The position numbers were made by a program, and so were the translations under genes. A stretch of 64,000 bases of DNA, from NCBI GenBank assembly GCA_023213395.1, contig CM041465.1, positions 59,775,741 through 59,839,740 on the forward strand, written 5' to 3'. Below are positions 1-17,880 of this stretch, one piece after another; the first letter of the stretch is position 1, and the number at the start of each line of letters is the position of its first letter. Origin of the DNA: Cycas panzhihuaensis. Its lineage: Eukaryota > Plantae > Cycadophyta. The notes under the pieces are model-generated. The model was not told the origin of the DNA and made no database searches. It worked only from the letters and a program-made list of their open reading frames with translations.

Positions 1-730
1 AGTATTTGAAGTTCTATGTTTTGTAAAGAAATGGTTGTGCCTAACTTCCTTCCTCCATGTTAATCCATAGTTCGTCCAGAAGGGGTTTGTTGATCCTAAC
101 CAAAGCGCAGAACCTAGCATTTATGAGTCTGCTTCTATTCTTGGTCACCGAGTTTATGACTAGAAGAGGTCCCATAGCTTTTGCAATACCTTTTAGCACT
201 TCGAGGTTCCAATGATGTAAAGGGAGACCCAGCAATTGAATCCATATAGGTGCTTATTTAATTCTGGGGATAGAAGGGTCAAAGTCCCTATGCCATTTTT
301 CTAGGATTAAGGCTTTCCTTCCAAACATCTAAGGAGCCCTTAAGAGTATATTGGTCATATCCTCATAGGAAAGAAATTTAAATAAGACGCATCCCTTTGG
401 CATAGCAATCACTTCCACATTGCCTACCATTTTCCATTTGAACCTTATCCAACTTCTGATGGTTTCCAACCCAGGTCTAGGACCGGAGAATCTGCCGACA
501 AGTCAATTCTCCCAATATTTCTCTGTTTTCTCCACTAAACCCTGGGGAATTTTTAGTTTGACCTTATTATCTTGTATAACAGGTATTAGATTGTAGGTTT
601 CTTCATCATTTGCTCTCAACACTTTGGAGTAAGATCTCCCCTGGGTAGGGTTTAGGTTCTGGTTTTGAAATGACAGTTCCTTTTCCATGCTTAAAAAACT
701 AAAAGAAACAAATATAAAAACCACATACAA
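1..730 (-). pseudogene. Plant L1-type LINE ORF1 remnant (DUF4283-type region), running off the left edge; the LINE 5' region probably extends to ~1550
   Basis: Minus-strand peptides VKLKIPQGLVEKTEKYWEN and PIWIQLLGLPLHHWNLEVLKGIAKAMGPLLVINSVTKNRSRLINARFCALVRINKPLLDELWI are typical of L1 ORF1; the frame is interrupted by stops. Confidence 0.85.
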
Positions 731-1554
731 GGCTGAATGGAGCTTACCATTGTCGTAGGTTCTCCAAACAAAGCCCCAGAGTCTACCCTGCTTTTTGGCT
801 TTAGTACCTGCTCTTCTCCCTTAGTTGAATGAGCCTGAGAGAGGCCTCTCCTCCCCGCCGCCTGGTTGTTTTCATGTTCGGGCGATCTCTTGAAGTGGCC
901 TTTACTATGCTGGAATGAAATAGCTTATCCCTCTTTGCCTTATTGGCCTCCATCTCTATCTTACTTCCACTGTCTATAGGAAAGCAGTTTATTCCTATCC
1001 AATCAAACTTGAGAAAGGACATTAAGGTGTAGTTGTCCTTTATCCTTTACTCTCTCAGCCGACTCCAACTCCTGCCTTCAAGTGTCCTCCATCTACGATC
1101 TAACTCTTTGAAGTGTATCCAGGCAAACCCCGGAGAGGAAACCCCTTCTATCAATTTATGCCCTGTCTAGCTATGTCTTTCCAAGTTTGATTTGTCTCCC
1201 AAGATGAATGAGAGAGCACTATGTAAGGCAATCATGGTATCCCTCATTCTACTACCTTCTATCTCTCCAAATCTCGCCAAGTCACCAGCTTGGTCTGAGT
1301 TAGACGACTTTCCCTGTCATGGAGAACTTAGCCTCCTATTTGAACTCTTCACACCATCAAAGATTACATGACTATACTGCTGGAGGGGAACATGCCCCCA
1401 CACTTCTCTATGCTTCCTCCCTGGGTACTCCATAGCCACCTCTATGAAACCCTAGTCGTTCATAGTCAAACGCAATCGCTCAATGCTCCTGTAGCCCTCT
1501 GGCTTTTGCTTATGTTGGATGGCATCTATAAGGTTGATTTTCTTAGAGGAAACA

Positions 1555-2972
1555 CTCTAATAGGTATCCTTCTAAGCATTTATTTATGACTTCCATTTGT
1601 CTATCTATTTATGGGTGGTACACTGTGTTTATAGATAGTTTTTTCCTAGTTAATTTGGTCATCTACTCATGAAGACCCAGGCTTAAATCCCAACTAATTT
1701 AAATAAGTCCTACCAGAAATGACTCATAAAATTTAGATTACCATCGTTGACTATAACCTTGGAAAGATCATGAAAGTGATGTATTTCTTTCATGAATGTT
1801 TTTACTACTTGACTTGCCTTAGCCATAGATTGTATTCCCCTAAAATGTGCATACTTTGTAAGTTGATCAATAACCACAAAATAACATCTTTACCTTCTGA
1901 CTTTGGTAGACCTATGATAAAATCCATAGAGTTTTCTTCTTATTTCTGTTGTGGGATTGGTAAAGGTTTGAGGAATTTGGGACTTTTTATATTCCCACTT
2001 TTATTCTTTTAAAAAGAGTTACATTTTACTACAAATATGAGAACAATGGCTTTTATTCCCTTCCAAAAGAAACAGCTATGTATCCTACGATAGGTTTTAT
2101 TAATTCATGTGTGTCTTGCACTTAGGATTAAGTGGGCTTCCTCTAGCAACTTCTCTTTTGGCTTAGAAGAGCTTGGAATAGGTATTTTCTCCTTCTATGG
2201 AATTAAATCTCCCCGTAGCACATACTTGGTATCTTCCTAGTTCTTAATCTACTTCAATATCTTCTAGGAGAGAGGGTCACTTTGGTAGTTATGGATTAGT
2301 TTACTTATCTAGGTAGGAGTAACTACTGACATTTCCTATAATGATATTTCTCCTCTATTGTCCTCTAGCATCTATGATAATGCATCTACAATAACATTTT
2401 CCTTCTCTTTTTTGTATACAATGCTGAAATCAAATGTCTAAAGCTTGTTAAACCATTTTCATTATTCATCTGAAATATTTTTCTGGTTGAAAAAATACTT
2501 GAGGCTATCATGATTCATTTTAACTATGAATTTATTACCAAATAAGTATTGATGCCATTAGTAGATGGAATGCATAATTGCAAGCATCTCTTTATCATAG
2601 TTAGATTTCATTCACTCCCTACTATTTAATTTTCTACTTTTGTATGTTAGTGATCACTTATTTTGAAGGAGGATTTCCCCTATCCTTATTCCTGATGCAT
2701 CACACTCTAAAGTGAAAGGTGAGGAGAAATCTAGAATTTCTAGCATAGGGATAATAATCATTACCTTTCTGAGATCTTGAAAAGCATTCCCTACAATGGA
2801 GTTCTAACTGAAAACGTCTTTATTAATTAGATATATTACATGCAATGCAATATAAGCCTAACCTTGAATAAATTTTTGGAGAAATCTCATTATGCTTAGA
2901 AAATCTCAAAGCCCTGTTATATTCTTAGGGATCGGCTAATTAATGATAGATTGAACTTTCTTGCGATCCATC
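1555..2972 (-). mobile_element. Ty3/gypsy (Reina-like chromovirus) pol fragment: RT thumb, RNase H, integrase; decayed and truncated at both ends
   Basis: Decayed motifs in gypsy order: KKVQSIIN*PIPKNITGL, DFSSPFTLECDASG, YDKEMLAIMH, HDSLKYF, KENVIVDALS, SMDFIIGLPKSEGKD, YHP*IDRQMEVINKCLEGYL. Confidence 0.9.
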
Positions 2973-2973
2973 A

Positions 2974-4229
2974 TATTGAGAAAACTAGGTCCCATTAACC
3001 AGAAACTACTACCAATATCTAAACTATTTTGTAACTACTTACAAAAATTGAAACTAAAATTTAACATATAAGTTCTTAAACGAGAGATAATACATTAAAT
3101 AGATCAGAAAGCTAAAGTATCATATATACACTAGATATAATATGATAAAACCCTAACAGTGTGCTAAGGAAACATCCACATATGAAAGGTATTAATCACT
3201 ATTATCCAAGAATGGAGAAATGTACATAATCTGTAGTAAAACACTCACAATAACAATAACAAGTTATCATACTCCTCATAGTACATCAAATACCATCAAC
3301 ATGATGAAAAAACACCCTAAATTAGACTATATGAGAGAGTCATAGAAGACACAAATCTTGACCATAGAATCTAGGGTATTTTAAATGAATGGCCTTGATT
3401 CTCTTTACAATTTAGTATGTTTTACAACACTAGCTTCTTGGGTTAAGGGATACTACCCATGAATCCCCTCTTTATGGGGGGGGTTCTAACACCCCCTAAC
3501 GAATGAGGCTCTCGCCTCCCTTAGATCCCCTCACTGAAGTTTAGAGGGGAAACTACACTGCCAATCTATCAAAATTTTTACCTCCAAAATATTATTGTCA
3601 TATTATCTAACAATCTCTACCTTAACAACAATTTACCCGATACCTTTCTTAGACCATTCATCACCTTTTTTGTAAACCAAGAGAAGTTAAACACTATTTA
3701 AATTTTTTTAATAGTATTAGTTTTATGAATATATCAGCATAATTCTATTTTGTATTAACCTTCTCAAGTGCCACTCCACCTACTTCCATAACCTATCTAA
3801 CAAATAATACTTAAGAGTAATATGCTTTATGCTACTATGATAAATTGGATTCTTTGCTAAGTAAATGGAACTTTGACTATTACAAAATACCTTTACCTTT
3901 TTCTATTTCCTTCTAAGCTCAACTAATAGACCCTATAACTAGATTGCTTCCTTACAAGTATATGTTGCAACAACATATTCTGCTTCTGTAGTTCATAATG
4001 TAATTGTACACTATAATTTTGACATCCAACTAACTAGGCCATTTGTAAGAATAAACATATAACCTGAAGTAAACCTTCTCTTATCTAAATCTCCTACAAA
4101 GTCAAAATTAACATATCTATAAATATGATTATTTGTGCCTCTAAAGGTGATGTAATAGTCACTCATGCCCTTCAAATACTGAGCATCCATTTCATTGTTG
4201 CCTAATGTTCCTTTCATAGATTTGCCACA
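2974..4229 (-). mobile_element. Tnt1/Tork-like copia 3' remnant: RT end and RNase H (~3660-4229), PPT (~3613-3623), probable 3' LTR (~2974-3612) inserted into the gypsy RT
   Basis: [30 protein letters not shown] and later RNase H motifs; minus-strand aaggtagagattgtt at the PPT/LTR junction; gypsy homology stops abruptly at ~2972. Confidence 0.75.
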
Positions 4230-7252
<3,023 letters not shown>

Positions 7253-8337
7253 GTCTTAGCATTTACTCATAGCTTAGATTTGGTGGCTTCATTCAATTTA
7301 ACACTTATGTTACATGCATCTTAAGCTATTGTATATTGGAGAGGATTATAAGGTAATTTAGTCTACCCTTTAGAAGGGTTTCCATGCTAATTCTTATAAG
7401 TTTTAATAGTGTTCATTATTATAGACTCATACACTAAAATAGGTAGTGACGTTATATACTTAAGCGTGTAGTGATCCCAGTACTTAGATGAAAATTGCTA
7501 AATAGAAATACCATAAGATCAAATATTAGATTTTGATATAACCTTACCAAAGATGCTATGAATAGGCAATGAAGGTTATGCCTAAATGTAACAAATGAGA
7601 TAACACAATTACACAACATACGCCAAAGTTGAAACATTCTCAAGGAGAACATCACTACTATACAAGTAAAGAGTGGTAAGTTTGTGAATTGGGCACCACA
7701 TCAACATAGCAAATGAAGAAGATGGTCAAAAAGAAGCTCACATGTTAAAGCCATTATTAATGGAGTTATCAAATAGAGGCAAAAGAATCTAAATCGATTC
7801 ACAATCAATGAATTGAATCAAATAGATGCAAGAATCATATAATGCATGTGGCATTTGGAAAATACAGTATCATAAATATACTTAGACTTAAAAAAATTTT
7901 AAACTTTTATATTCCTATAGCATTAAATTATTTTAAATTTTTTATTAGAGTCTGCCAATTTAGCCCATTTAGTGATAGCACTTGGACACATAGCTTGAAA
8001 GGTGTTAAGGGCTCTTTTGGCTCATTAAGTAGCCTAATCAAAAAATAGAGTTTCCATTTTTTAAATATTTTTTTATGCTTTTTCTTTCTAGTATAGTCAC
8101 ATGGTGAAATTTCTGCTCTTTTCATGGTGACCAAGGAATTTGTATTTTGTCAATACTCTACATAATGAAAGTGGATTCCACATAGTTCATATTTTAATAA
8201 TAAAATAATATATGTTATGTCAAGGCTATATAACACCTATTTTGTTGTGGTTTATTATGTAACCTTTTGTAAATTTTATGCTTTAAAGGGGTAGAAAATC
8301 GTTTTTCTCCCATTCTAAAAAGTTACCCCAGAAGACC

Positions 8338-11300
8338 TACCATAACTACAGTAAACTAGGTCATGTCAAGAGAAAATATAAGTTATGTAGGCTAAGTAGT
8401 AGTAACACAAGAGTATTTAGTGGCATTTAGTTAGTTAATAGAATATGGTAGTTCATCAAATAGGTTGTAGTAATGTCTAGCACATTGATTCAGGCACTTC
8501 TATATATATGACAAGCAAGCTTGACTAGTTTAGGCACATGTGGCAAGTAATAGGATATACTATAAACTTGGGAGACAATAACATCTTAACTATTAAGGGC
8601 ATAGGGGAATTCCCAATCATAACTCTAAATAGAGAAGATTATTATATGGAGGATGTGTTTTCCATGCCTAAGCTGAAGAAGAATCTAATTTCTATTAATA
8701 AAATGAAGGACAATAATACGAGTGTTCTCTTTAAAGATGAAAAGGCCATTATGAGTTATCATAAAGGGAAAATGGTTGCAAAAGGTGTAATAAAAAACCA
8801 TCTTTATAAGCTCTTAGGTAGTTCAGTAAATCAAAGAGCATTAATTGTAAATGTATCTAGTAAAATTTAATTGTAGCAACAAAGATTAGGGCATCGACAC
8901 TTCCATGGCCTATGCTTGATGAATAAGTTAAATATGGTATATGGTCTCCCAAAGTTCAAGGCTAAAAAGAGTATTTATAAACCCTGCATTTATGGGAAGT
9001 AATATAGAGAGAACTTTCCTAAAGGTAAGGCTTGAAAGGCAACTGAAAATTTGAGCCTAATCCACTTAGATATATATGGTCCTATACTAACCACTCTGCT
9101 TAATGATGTAAGATCATTCTTTACCTTTATTAATGGTTTTTTTATGAAGCTCTAGGCATGTCCTGTAAGGAAGTATTCTTAGGTATTTAATATCTCCAAA
9201 GAGTTTAAAGTAAAGGTTAAGAATGAAAGTGGCCAAAGGATAAAGATATTTAAATCAAATAATGGGGGAGAATATACCTTCAATGCCTTTGTCTAGCTTT
9301 ACAAGTATAATGCCATTAAAAAAAAATTGACAACAAGATACATCCCATTACAAAATGGTGTAGTTGAGAGGATGAATAGGAAATTAATCAAAAATTCCAA
9401 GTCAAAGATAAAATCAAAAAAATCTCTTAGATATTTTTTGGGTTGAAGTTATTTATGTAGTAATGTACCTAATTAATAAGAGTGTTATGAAAGTTGTATG
9501 GAATAAAACACCTAAAGAAGCATGGTCAAGATGTAAACCTATAATGAGCCATTTGAGAATATTAGAAGCATGATATATATGCATGTTTTTAAAGATAAGT
9601 GATAGAAATTTGATGATAAAAGTTCCAAGTGTATCCTTTTAGAATATAATAAAGAAAGCAAAGCACACCAAGTATATGAGTTGGCAATTAGGAAGGTACA
9701 CACAACTTAGGATATCATCTTTGAAGAGATTGATAAATAGGTTATAGATTAGGATTAGAACCTATGCACTTTGAAGATTTAGCAAGATAAAGGAAAATAA
9801 AATAAGAAATGACTTGAATGTAGTTCTTTAAGACAATAATTTGTTGAACCCAAAACTGAGCCAAAGTCAGAGGAGAAGGAAGAAAAACTTGAGGAGGAGG
9901 AGTATGAAGATGCATAGGAAACACAACTAGAAATGTAGCTTGAGCTCACTCCACATATCAAAAAGTTTTCTAATTAGTACCATTATAAAAGCTTATTTGC
10001 CTGAGATGAAAGGAAAACGAAAATTGAGTATGAGACTTAACATAATCAATTTTGCTTTAATAGTAGATGCATTAAATATATAATAGCCTTTAAGTTTTAC
10101 GGAGACTAACCAACAAAAAAAATAGAGATCAACAATGGATGTTGAAATATGAGCCATTGAGTAGAACAAAACTTGAAACTTCATTGATTTACTAGTAAAC
10201 AAATAGGTAATTAGATATAAATGGGTCTACAAGACTAGATTCAAATCTAATGGCTCTATTAATAAGCATAAGACTAGATTGGCGTCCAAAGGATTTTAGA
10301 AAATAGAAGGTTTATATTACTAATAAATATTCACTTTAGTAAACAAGATGATGATTATTAAATTGATATTAGTGATAACTACTTAATTTAAATGTCAATT
10401 GTATTAGCTTAATGTTAAAAGTGTCTTTCTTAATGGAGGTCTTATAGAGGAAGTCTATATGGAGCAGCCACTTGGTTATATTACTAAAGGTATAGAACAT
10501 TTAGTATGCCACTTGAAAAGGGTTTTGTATGGCCTAATGTAGACTCCAAAAGTATGGTACTCTAAGATCAATTAGTATTTTCTAGATAAATAGGTTTGAG
10601 AAATCGTCAAATGATCCAAACTTGTATATCAAGATTGAAGGGAATTCAATAATTTTTAAAGTGTTTTATGTAGATGATCTTATGGTCATAGAGAATAATA
10701 TCTCAAAGGTTGATAACCTAAAGAATGGTCTGAAGAAGACATTCAAAATGATAGATCTTGGATTACTCCACTACTTTTTAAGAGTGGAAGTATGGCAAAA
10801 TCCTGGGAAAGTATTTATTTCAAATGCTAAGTATACATGGAAAATTATAAAGAGATTCAAAATAGAGAAAGTTAAACCTATATATGCCCCCACAAATATA
10901 GATTTAAAGTTGATATCTCTCAATAATAATGACTAAATAAATGGCTTGATGTCCATATAACTAGTTGGTAATTTAATCTACTTAACTATGACTAGGCCTA
11001 ATATTTCCTTTAAAATTAGTATGATGTCAAAGCTCACGACAAAACCAAAACAAAGTCATTAGAAATATGTAAAGAGAATCTTGAGGTATTTGTAGGGGAC
11101 ATTGCAATTAGCATTGAAGTTCACCCAAAATTATAATTTCTAGCTAGAGGGATATTCAAATTATAATTAAGTTAGATGTGTAAATAGCAGAAGGTCTACT
11201 TTAGGATATTGATTTAATTTGGGTTCTATTGCTATTATTTGAAGTAGTAAGAAATAGCCTAATATTATATTATCTTGTACTGAGGTAAAGTACAAAGTTG

Positions 11301-11901
11301 TTGTTACAACTACTTATAAATCCATCTAGTTGAAACAAATGCTTGATGATTTGGGACTTCATTAGGATGAGCCAACTAAACTATATTATAACAATTAAAG
11401 TACATTAAAGATTACTAGACATCTAGTGTTTTATGCTCACACTAAACACAGTACATCATTATTCTATTTGAGAATATATCGAGAACAGAGAGGTAGAGCT
11501 TATATACAAACTAATAAAAAAATAGCTAGTAGATACATTTACCAAACCATTAACTAGAGACAAGTTTGCCATGGTATTAAAGTCAATGATTTATATATTA
11601 AGGGGGAGTGTTGGAGATTAATGTTTATATATGATAGATTTGAGCTTGATGAGTTATTAGGAGGTATACAACCCTTAATTAGTTTGTGACATGTATTAAG
11701 GCAGTTACGAGTTTCTATTTGGATTGTTACTATCCACTTGTATTTATATATGTATAACGTTATATTGTAACATTACACTAAGTCATACCTAGTGAATGAG
11801 TATTAGTTTTTTAAGGTAAATTAATTCTATTAGATAAACCTATATTCAATTTTGTGTTTGGTTTTTATTCAATCTATTAAATTTATAAAAAAATATTAAC
11901 A
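8338..11901 (+). mobile_element. Heavily decayed Ty1/copia element: zinc knuckle, PR, INT, RT, RH, PPT (11600-11608) and 3' LTR (11609-~11901); no 5' LTR or gag recognised
   Basis: IDSGTS protease; IHLDIYGP, SNNGGEY and NGVVERMNR integrase; YVDDL RT; aagggggag|tgttgg junction; many transition-derived stops. The LTR end is tentative. Confidence 0.9.
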
Positions 11902-14900
11902 AGTAACTATCATCTCTTTAATATCCATTGCACCACTATGATGTCATGCCCTTTTAGTTGTCAAAGAAGATTAAAATCATCAAAACCCTGGCTCTTACTA
12001 ATGCTACCAAGTAACCTTTGATTTTATTACCTTCACACAACTATAGCCTCAACTACATATATCTATTCAACTCTAACACTATATGAAGAAACATAAAATA
12101 TATATTCTAAATAGGATCTTAATCATATATAAGAAGTAAACATCATAGAGAAAAATACACAATATATAATTTTTATACAGAAAAGCTTTTTAGTAAAAAA
12201 CCCACTGGAACAATAAAAATATTATATTGATTTTACACTTTATCACTTGATATATCATTGCTTAATTATTTTACGATGGATTAAGAGTTCCTTTACAATC
12301 TCCCAAATAATATATCTAACCTATTGATTGTGGCTCTTTGATATTCGTACATTTTAGCTTAACATTAACTCACCACCTTTAACATTAATTATATGGTTTA
12401 ATATTAACTACCACATTAGTATATATACAAAAATCTTCCTAATAAACTAATAAGAACAATAACTAGTTATCCACATAACCTTGTTGATAATTGCTCTTAT
12501 ATATGAGTAGAATCAAATTTATTAAAGAAAAGAAGAAACTACATTTGGAAGAGAAAATAAAATGGCAAAGTATGAATGCATGTATTGACAATTTTAAGCT
12601 TAATTATTGGATTATCAAATGATAGAAGAATTAATAATTATTTCATTAATTAATCAAGACCTTCTATATTATTAATGTAATGGTTGTATATGTTTTATAA
12701 TGAGGGCTTCATTTATGTAAATAGGTTTAGTCATGATAAAATATAGGATCTCAAAGATTGCCTTTGAAACTGCAATGAAAGTATTAATCAAAATTATGAT
12801 ACAAGTATGAGGCATGAAATGATAAAATACTAAATGAAATAAATGAAAGTTAAAATAAGTACAATGCAAAGAACAACAAAGAAATAGAAAATGATCATCT
12901 TCTAAATTATTCTATTAGGCATGAATGCATACTTATAGTGCATTTAACCTCATACTTGACCAATAGGATGAAAGAGCCCTTAAGTCCACTAATAGAAACA
13001 TTTACATGAATATGTGTGCTTCACACACATACATCACAATATCACAATTTTAAAAAATAACTATGAAAGTTAAGGGAGACACTTAACTAAACATATAAAT
13101 CAACATTAAATATTATGTTTTAACACCCACCCCTATAATATTTAATATCACATTTATATATTATATAGAAATCTATTGAACAAATGAAGATTAGCTCCAT
13201 ATGTCACTCGATGTATCTACAAGCTATAAATGAAATCTATTGAAGTCCATATGAAGGAAAGTCCATCTACCGAAATGCATTGGTAACCAGCTACTACAAC
13301 TGTCAGTTGAATAAGAACCTCCTTCAAATATATGGTTCAATCAAATAGTCAACTTTATTTCAGAAATAAATCTACCTTGCAAATGAGTTGAGTAGCTATA
13401 TTCATAATTAAGGCAACCAATTTATGGTTCCTTCATTCTCCTTTGAGGTAACCAATTTGTGGGATCTTCAAAAATAAGAGTAAGAAATACACTTATATGA
13501 AGTATCATCTGCTAAAAATCAATAATAAAGCTACCAACAAGCAAATAATAGATGTGATGTTGTAAAAAAGAACTCCCATAAATATAAGGGATTCTTGAGA
13601 GCCTTTAAACTATAAAAAATAAGTATTTTTTACTTAAATTTAAACCAAGCATGCTTATTCTTTTACCATCTTATAAAAATAATATTTGTAACAAGAGTTA
13701 TGACCCTTTTAAGAAGGGTTTATCCTAAGGTTTTAGACTCAAAAAACACCCTCTAATAGAATGATACTAATCTTTTAATCATACATTTGATTGATCTAAA
13801 ACCACTTCCATTGAAAATTAGATTAAAAATTGCATATAATAAAAAAAAAAAATTTAAGGTTAATCAGATACTTATAACTAAAGTTATAGTTATTCAAAGT
13901 TTAGGTACCAAATTTGTCTTCAAGATTGGTGATGAAAAATAGGCAGAAATTAAATCTGCTATAATCCTTTCTTTATAGCCCTAAAATATGGAATTAAACC
14001 ACTTAAGCTTTGTAAGACGAGTTAATTCATTTCAAACTTGCCATTGTTTCTTGAAAACTTTTTTGGTATACGTCTTCAAACCCATCTACTTACTTGTGAA
14101 ATGATTATATACAAGAGAAACTTGGCCCAAAGTTGATTAATAGGATCCTCACCTTACCATAATGGCTTGGATTCAACTCTACTCTCATACCATGATAAAA
14201 TATAAGGTTTTAAATATTGCCTTTGAAATTATGATGAAAATAGTAATTAAAATATAAGTATGAGGTATTAAATAATAAAATAGTAAATGAAACAAATGAA
14301 AGTTAAAGTACATATAATGCAAAATATAATAAAGAAATAGGAAAATGATTACCTTCCAAATTATTACATTATGTATAAATACACACTTATAGTATATTTA
14401 ACCTTATACTTAACCAATAGGATAAAAGAACCCTTAAGTTTACCAATAGGGACATTTATATGAATATGTTGTTGGGGTTAATGCTCATCACCTAACCCCC
14501 ACCTTATGTGCATACAACTTAAAGGTAAGTTAACGATAAGTTAAGTTTGTTTATTTTATGCTTTATATTATTTTAATGTAATTTGAATTTAAGGTTGAGG
14601 ATGGTTCATACCCTCCTCCTAAATATTTATGCTATGGGGTTGTAAACCCTGGTGTTCATTAACACCACCTCCTTAACAGACATTTTGTAATACTCTATCA
14701 AAGATAGATTGAATACAAAGATTATTATGTTTATGCTATAATAGATTGATTACTTGATGTATTGCTCTACTTTATCTCCTTGATTTAAACATTAATTTAG
14801 TATTAGAGCCAGGCTATGACAAAGATACGTAAGATATATTTATTTTTTTAATAGTTCATACTATAGTTTATTGAAATATTTAAGTGTTCTTATCTATAAA

Positions 14901-15804
14901 GCATTAATTCTTTAGTTTTTTAGTTGTTTCTAGAATCCAGTAATATTGCATATAACCCATAACATATTTGGGGAATTATACTAGCCTTTTCATACATTTT
15001 TATAAAGTTTTAATCATTTACGTCAATTTTTTTTAAGGTTCTACTTGGTCCTAGAACTTTGATAGTTTGGTACTCACTCTATAGTCTATAAAACCTCGGT
15101 ATATGACTATTCATTTGAATCATCATTGAACTAGCTCTGCAACACATTTTACAGATTAAAAAATTATCACCTCTACTTGGAGATCTCCCTCCCAGAAGTA
15201 AGGGTACTCGTTCTAGCAGTGAAACCCCCATTGCCTCTCCCCTCATTTAGTCGTTATGGCTTTGTTTTCCACCTAAGATCTTCTATGACTATGGTGTAGA
15301 CCTAATACAAAGTAGAATAAGTAATCTTTGAAGTATTATGGGCTCTCACTAAGTCGTATGGCCTCTATGCAATCTGTACATCCTCTGCGACCTTCCTGAG
15401 ATCAATCATTTTGTTCTCTCTCTATGATCATTAAATCTTTATGAAATTTTATAGATGACTCTATAGTAGGGATATCTATCTTTGTATAAAATTTTATCTT
15501 AATCTGAGTTGTGTACGAAGAGAACAAACTCCATGAAGTTTTATCTGTGTGCACGACATCTACGTGTTTTTTATTTTTAAATTTATATATGTTTTAACTA
15601 ATCTTTTATAAAGTTAAATTTTATAAATTTAATTTAATTTATTTTAATAATATTTGAGGTCCTAGAACCCTTCTTCAGATGGCTAGTGGTTATGTTGGTC
15701 TCCATGTGACCAGGATTTTTTTTCAAAATGAGCTTATTAAAACCCTTTTCTAATTTATTTTTTCATAATAAGCTATTTTGGTTATTTCACTTATAACTTT
15801 TGAT

Positions 15805-16290
15805 CTAGGAGCCCATTTTTCAAATGACTAGATCCATTGGGAAGTTTCTTTTATTCTTTACATAATAGTATATTTTTTAATCTAATTTGAAGCTATTTTT
15901 TAGGGTTTTAAAGCTAATAAAATTGAGGTAACTAATTTGTCTTAGTTCACTATTTTTAACAATAATAAATTAATATTTTCTGAGTTTCTTTAGCTTAAGA
16001 CATAATAAGGGATCTCTAATCTATATATGATTATTTTTATATCATTCTACAAAATTATAATTTAAATTTTATAGTATTTAAGCCTTGTGGCTCCATTTTA
16101 ATTCCTTGAAAGGGTCCTCATATATATTCATTAATATCTTGAACTCTAGGAATCCATTTTCCAAACGGTTGGATCCGTTGGAAAGAGTTTTTAATATCCT
16201 TCATATTGGAATAAGTTTTACTTTAATATGACATTATTTTGTAGCTCTTTAAAGTAGTTAAAGTTAAGGCTCCTATTTGGTCCTAATTAG
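15805..16290 (+). repeat. Diverged direct repeat (period ~340 bp) in the leader of element B
   Basis: ctaggagcccattttt...gatccattgggaag versus ctaggaatccattttc...gatccgttggaaag; similarity continues beyond these anchors. Confidence 0.6.
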
Positions 16291-17152
16291 ACATATTTTT
16301 AAATATTTCAAGCAAAATGTTTCTCTAACTCAACATATTTATTTATCATTGAGATACTAATTAGTTGTTAGTAGCTTTTGCTTATTTTAGAATCTTACAA
16401 TTAAGTTTTTATAAATATTAAACTCAATTTCAACCTCCTAAAGAGAAGGAGCCCCCTTTGGATCAAAAACATCAATATAGTACACTCTAACCTTATTCTA
16501 AAGCTTTCATTTTATTCTTTAGCTTATAAATTTGATTCTAAAGCACTCTTAAGGCCTATTCATTACCTATTTAAGGTCATTTTACTCTTGTGAAGCATTT
16601 ATTTACGAATCATATTTTAATATTATTTTATAAGTATATTTGCATCCTTCTTTGATTTAAAAGAGCTCATTTGATGGTTATTTATTCTTAATAAGGAATT
16701 AAAATTAAAGAATCTTTTTTTATCCATTTTAATTTTAAAAAGTTTTCAAAGCACTTTAAAGAACATTTATCATTCTCAACTCAAAAGGACATTTGATTAT
16801 ATATTTACATGTATTTTTTTTCATTGTTAAAAAGAAATATTTTTCCATCTTATTTTTAGTCATTGATTTACCAAGGCATTGATTTAAAAATCATATATAT
16901 ATTTCAAATTATCTTTGGCTCGCTTTATCCCTTTACTGTTAAAGTTTACATAAAATCATTAATTGATTTAGTTCCATCCTAAAGTAAAGCATTTGTCTTA
17001 AAAAGATATACATTTTATCTCATTACTTACCTACATTGATTAAGGGATTTTTGTTAGAATTTGTTAAAAAACATTTATTGCCTACTTTATGTTATTCATT
17101 CATTAAAGTCTTTCATCTATTCATTTGGATTCATGTACTAAAAATTTTATAA

Positions 17153-17880
17153 ATGGCAACTTATATAGATGATGTGTTAATTCCCACATTTAATGAGACT
17201 AATTTTCATATTTGGAAAGACCTGTTAAAAATATATCTTAGTGCAAATAACCTTTAAAAAATTATTAAATATGGTTACCTAAAAGATGAACAAAATTTTA
17301 AAGAACACTTAAGAAAGGATAATAAAGTCATAGTGTTAAACTTTAGCACAATAAATGATGATGTATTCATTAATATTAGTGAGTTAACTACATTCAAATC
17401 TATTTGGGATACTCTAAAATTAATTTATGGGGGAGAAACCTTAGATTTGAATGAATTTAACTATGTTGATAATGTTATACATGTGAGACAGATGATAGAG
17501 CAGGTGTTTTATGTTGAAAAAACTAATATTGATAACTTAAATAAAATAAATGATCTTATTGTTACACTTGATGATGTTGTATATACCTGTGATTTGATTG
17601 ATTCTTATAAGATAAAGGATCAAGAAGATAAAGTAAAAGATGAAGCCACTCTTCTCTATTTGAAGCAAGCCACACCTACTTGGAGATCACTTGAATCATA
17701 CTATGTTGAAGGAAACTACTTTGCAAAGATAATGATATAGGTTAATGATCATATCAAGGAAGATGAAGATAAAGCTAAAGGACATGTGTTCAATCACTCT
17801 CTCAAAGTTTTCCTCAAGTACATGTACCACAAATTCAAAAAGAAGTTAAAGATATATGTGATGACCATTATGGGGGAGTA
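17153..17880 (+). pseudogene. Copia Gag N-terminus (DUF4219/UBN2-like) plus acidic extension of element B
   Basis: MATYIDDVLIPTFNETNFHIWKDLLKIYLSANNL*KIIKYG...RKDNKVIVL...INDDVFINISELTTFKSIWDTLKLIYGGE; one frame with two stops, continuing to the PPT. Confidence 0.85.

Noticed and set aside
11990-12500. Possible solo LTR (likewise 34960-35350)
   Set aside because: LTR-like composition, but no partner, clear termini or TSD could be defined.
12734-14468. Element A as a retrozyme or Cassandra element (its size fits)
   Set aside because: No hammerhead core (CUGAUGA...GAAA) and no 5S rRNA similarity seen in its LTRs.
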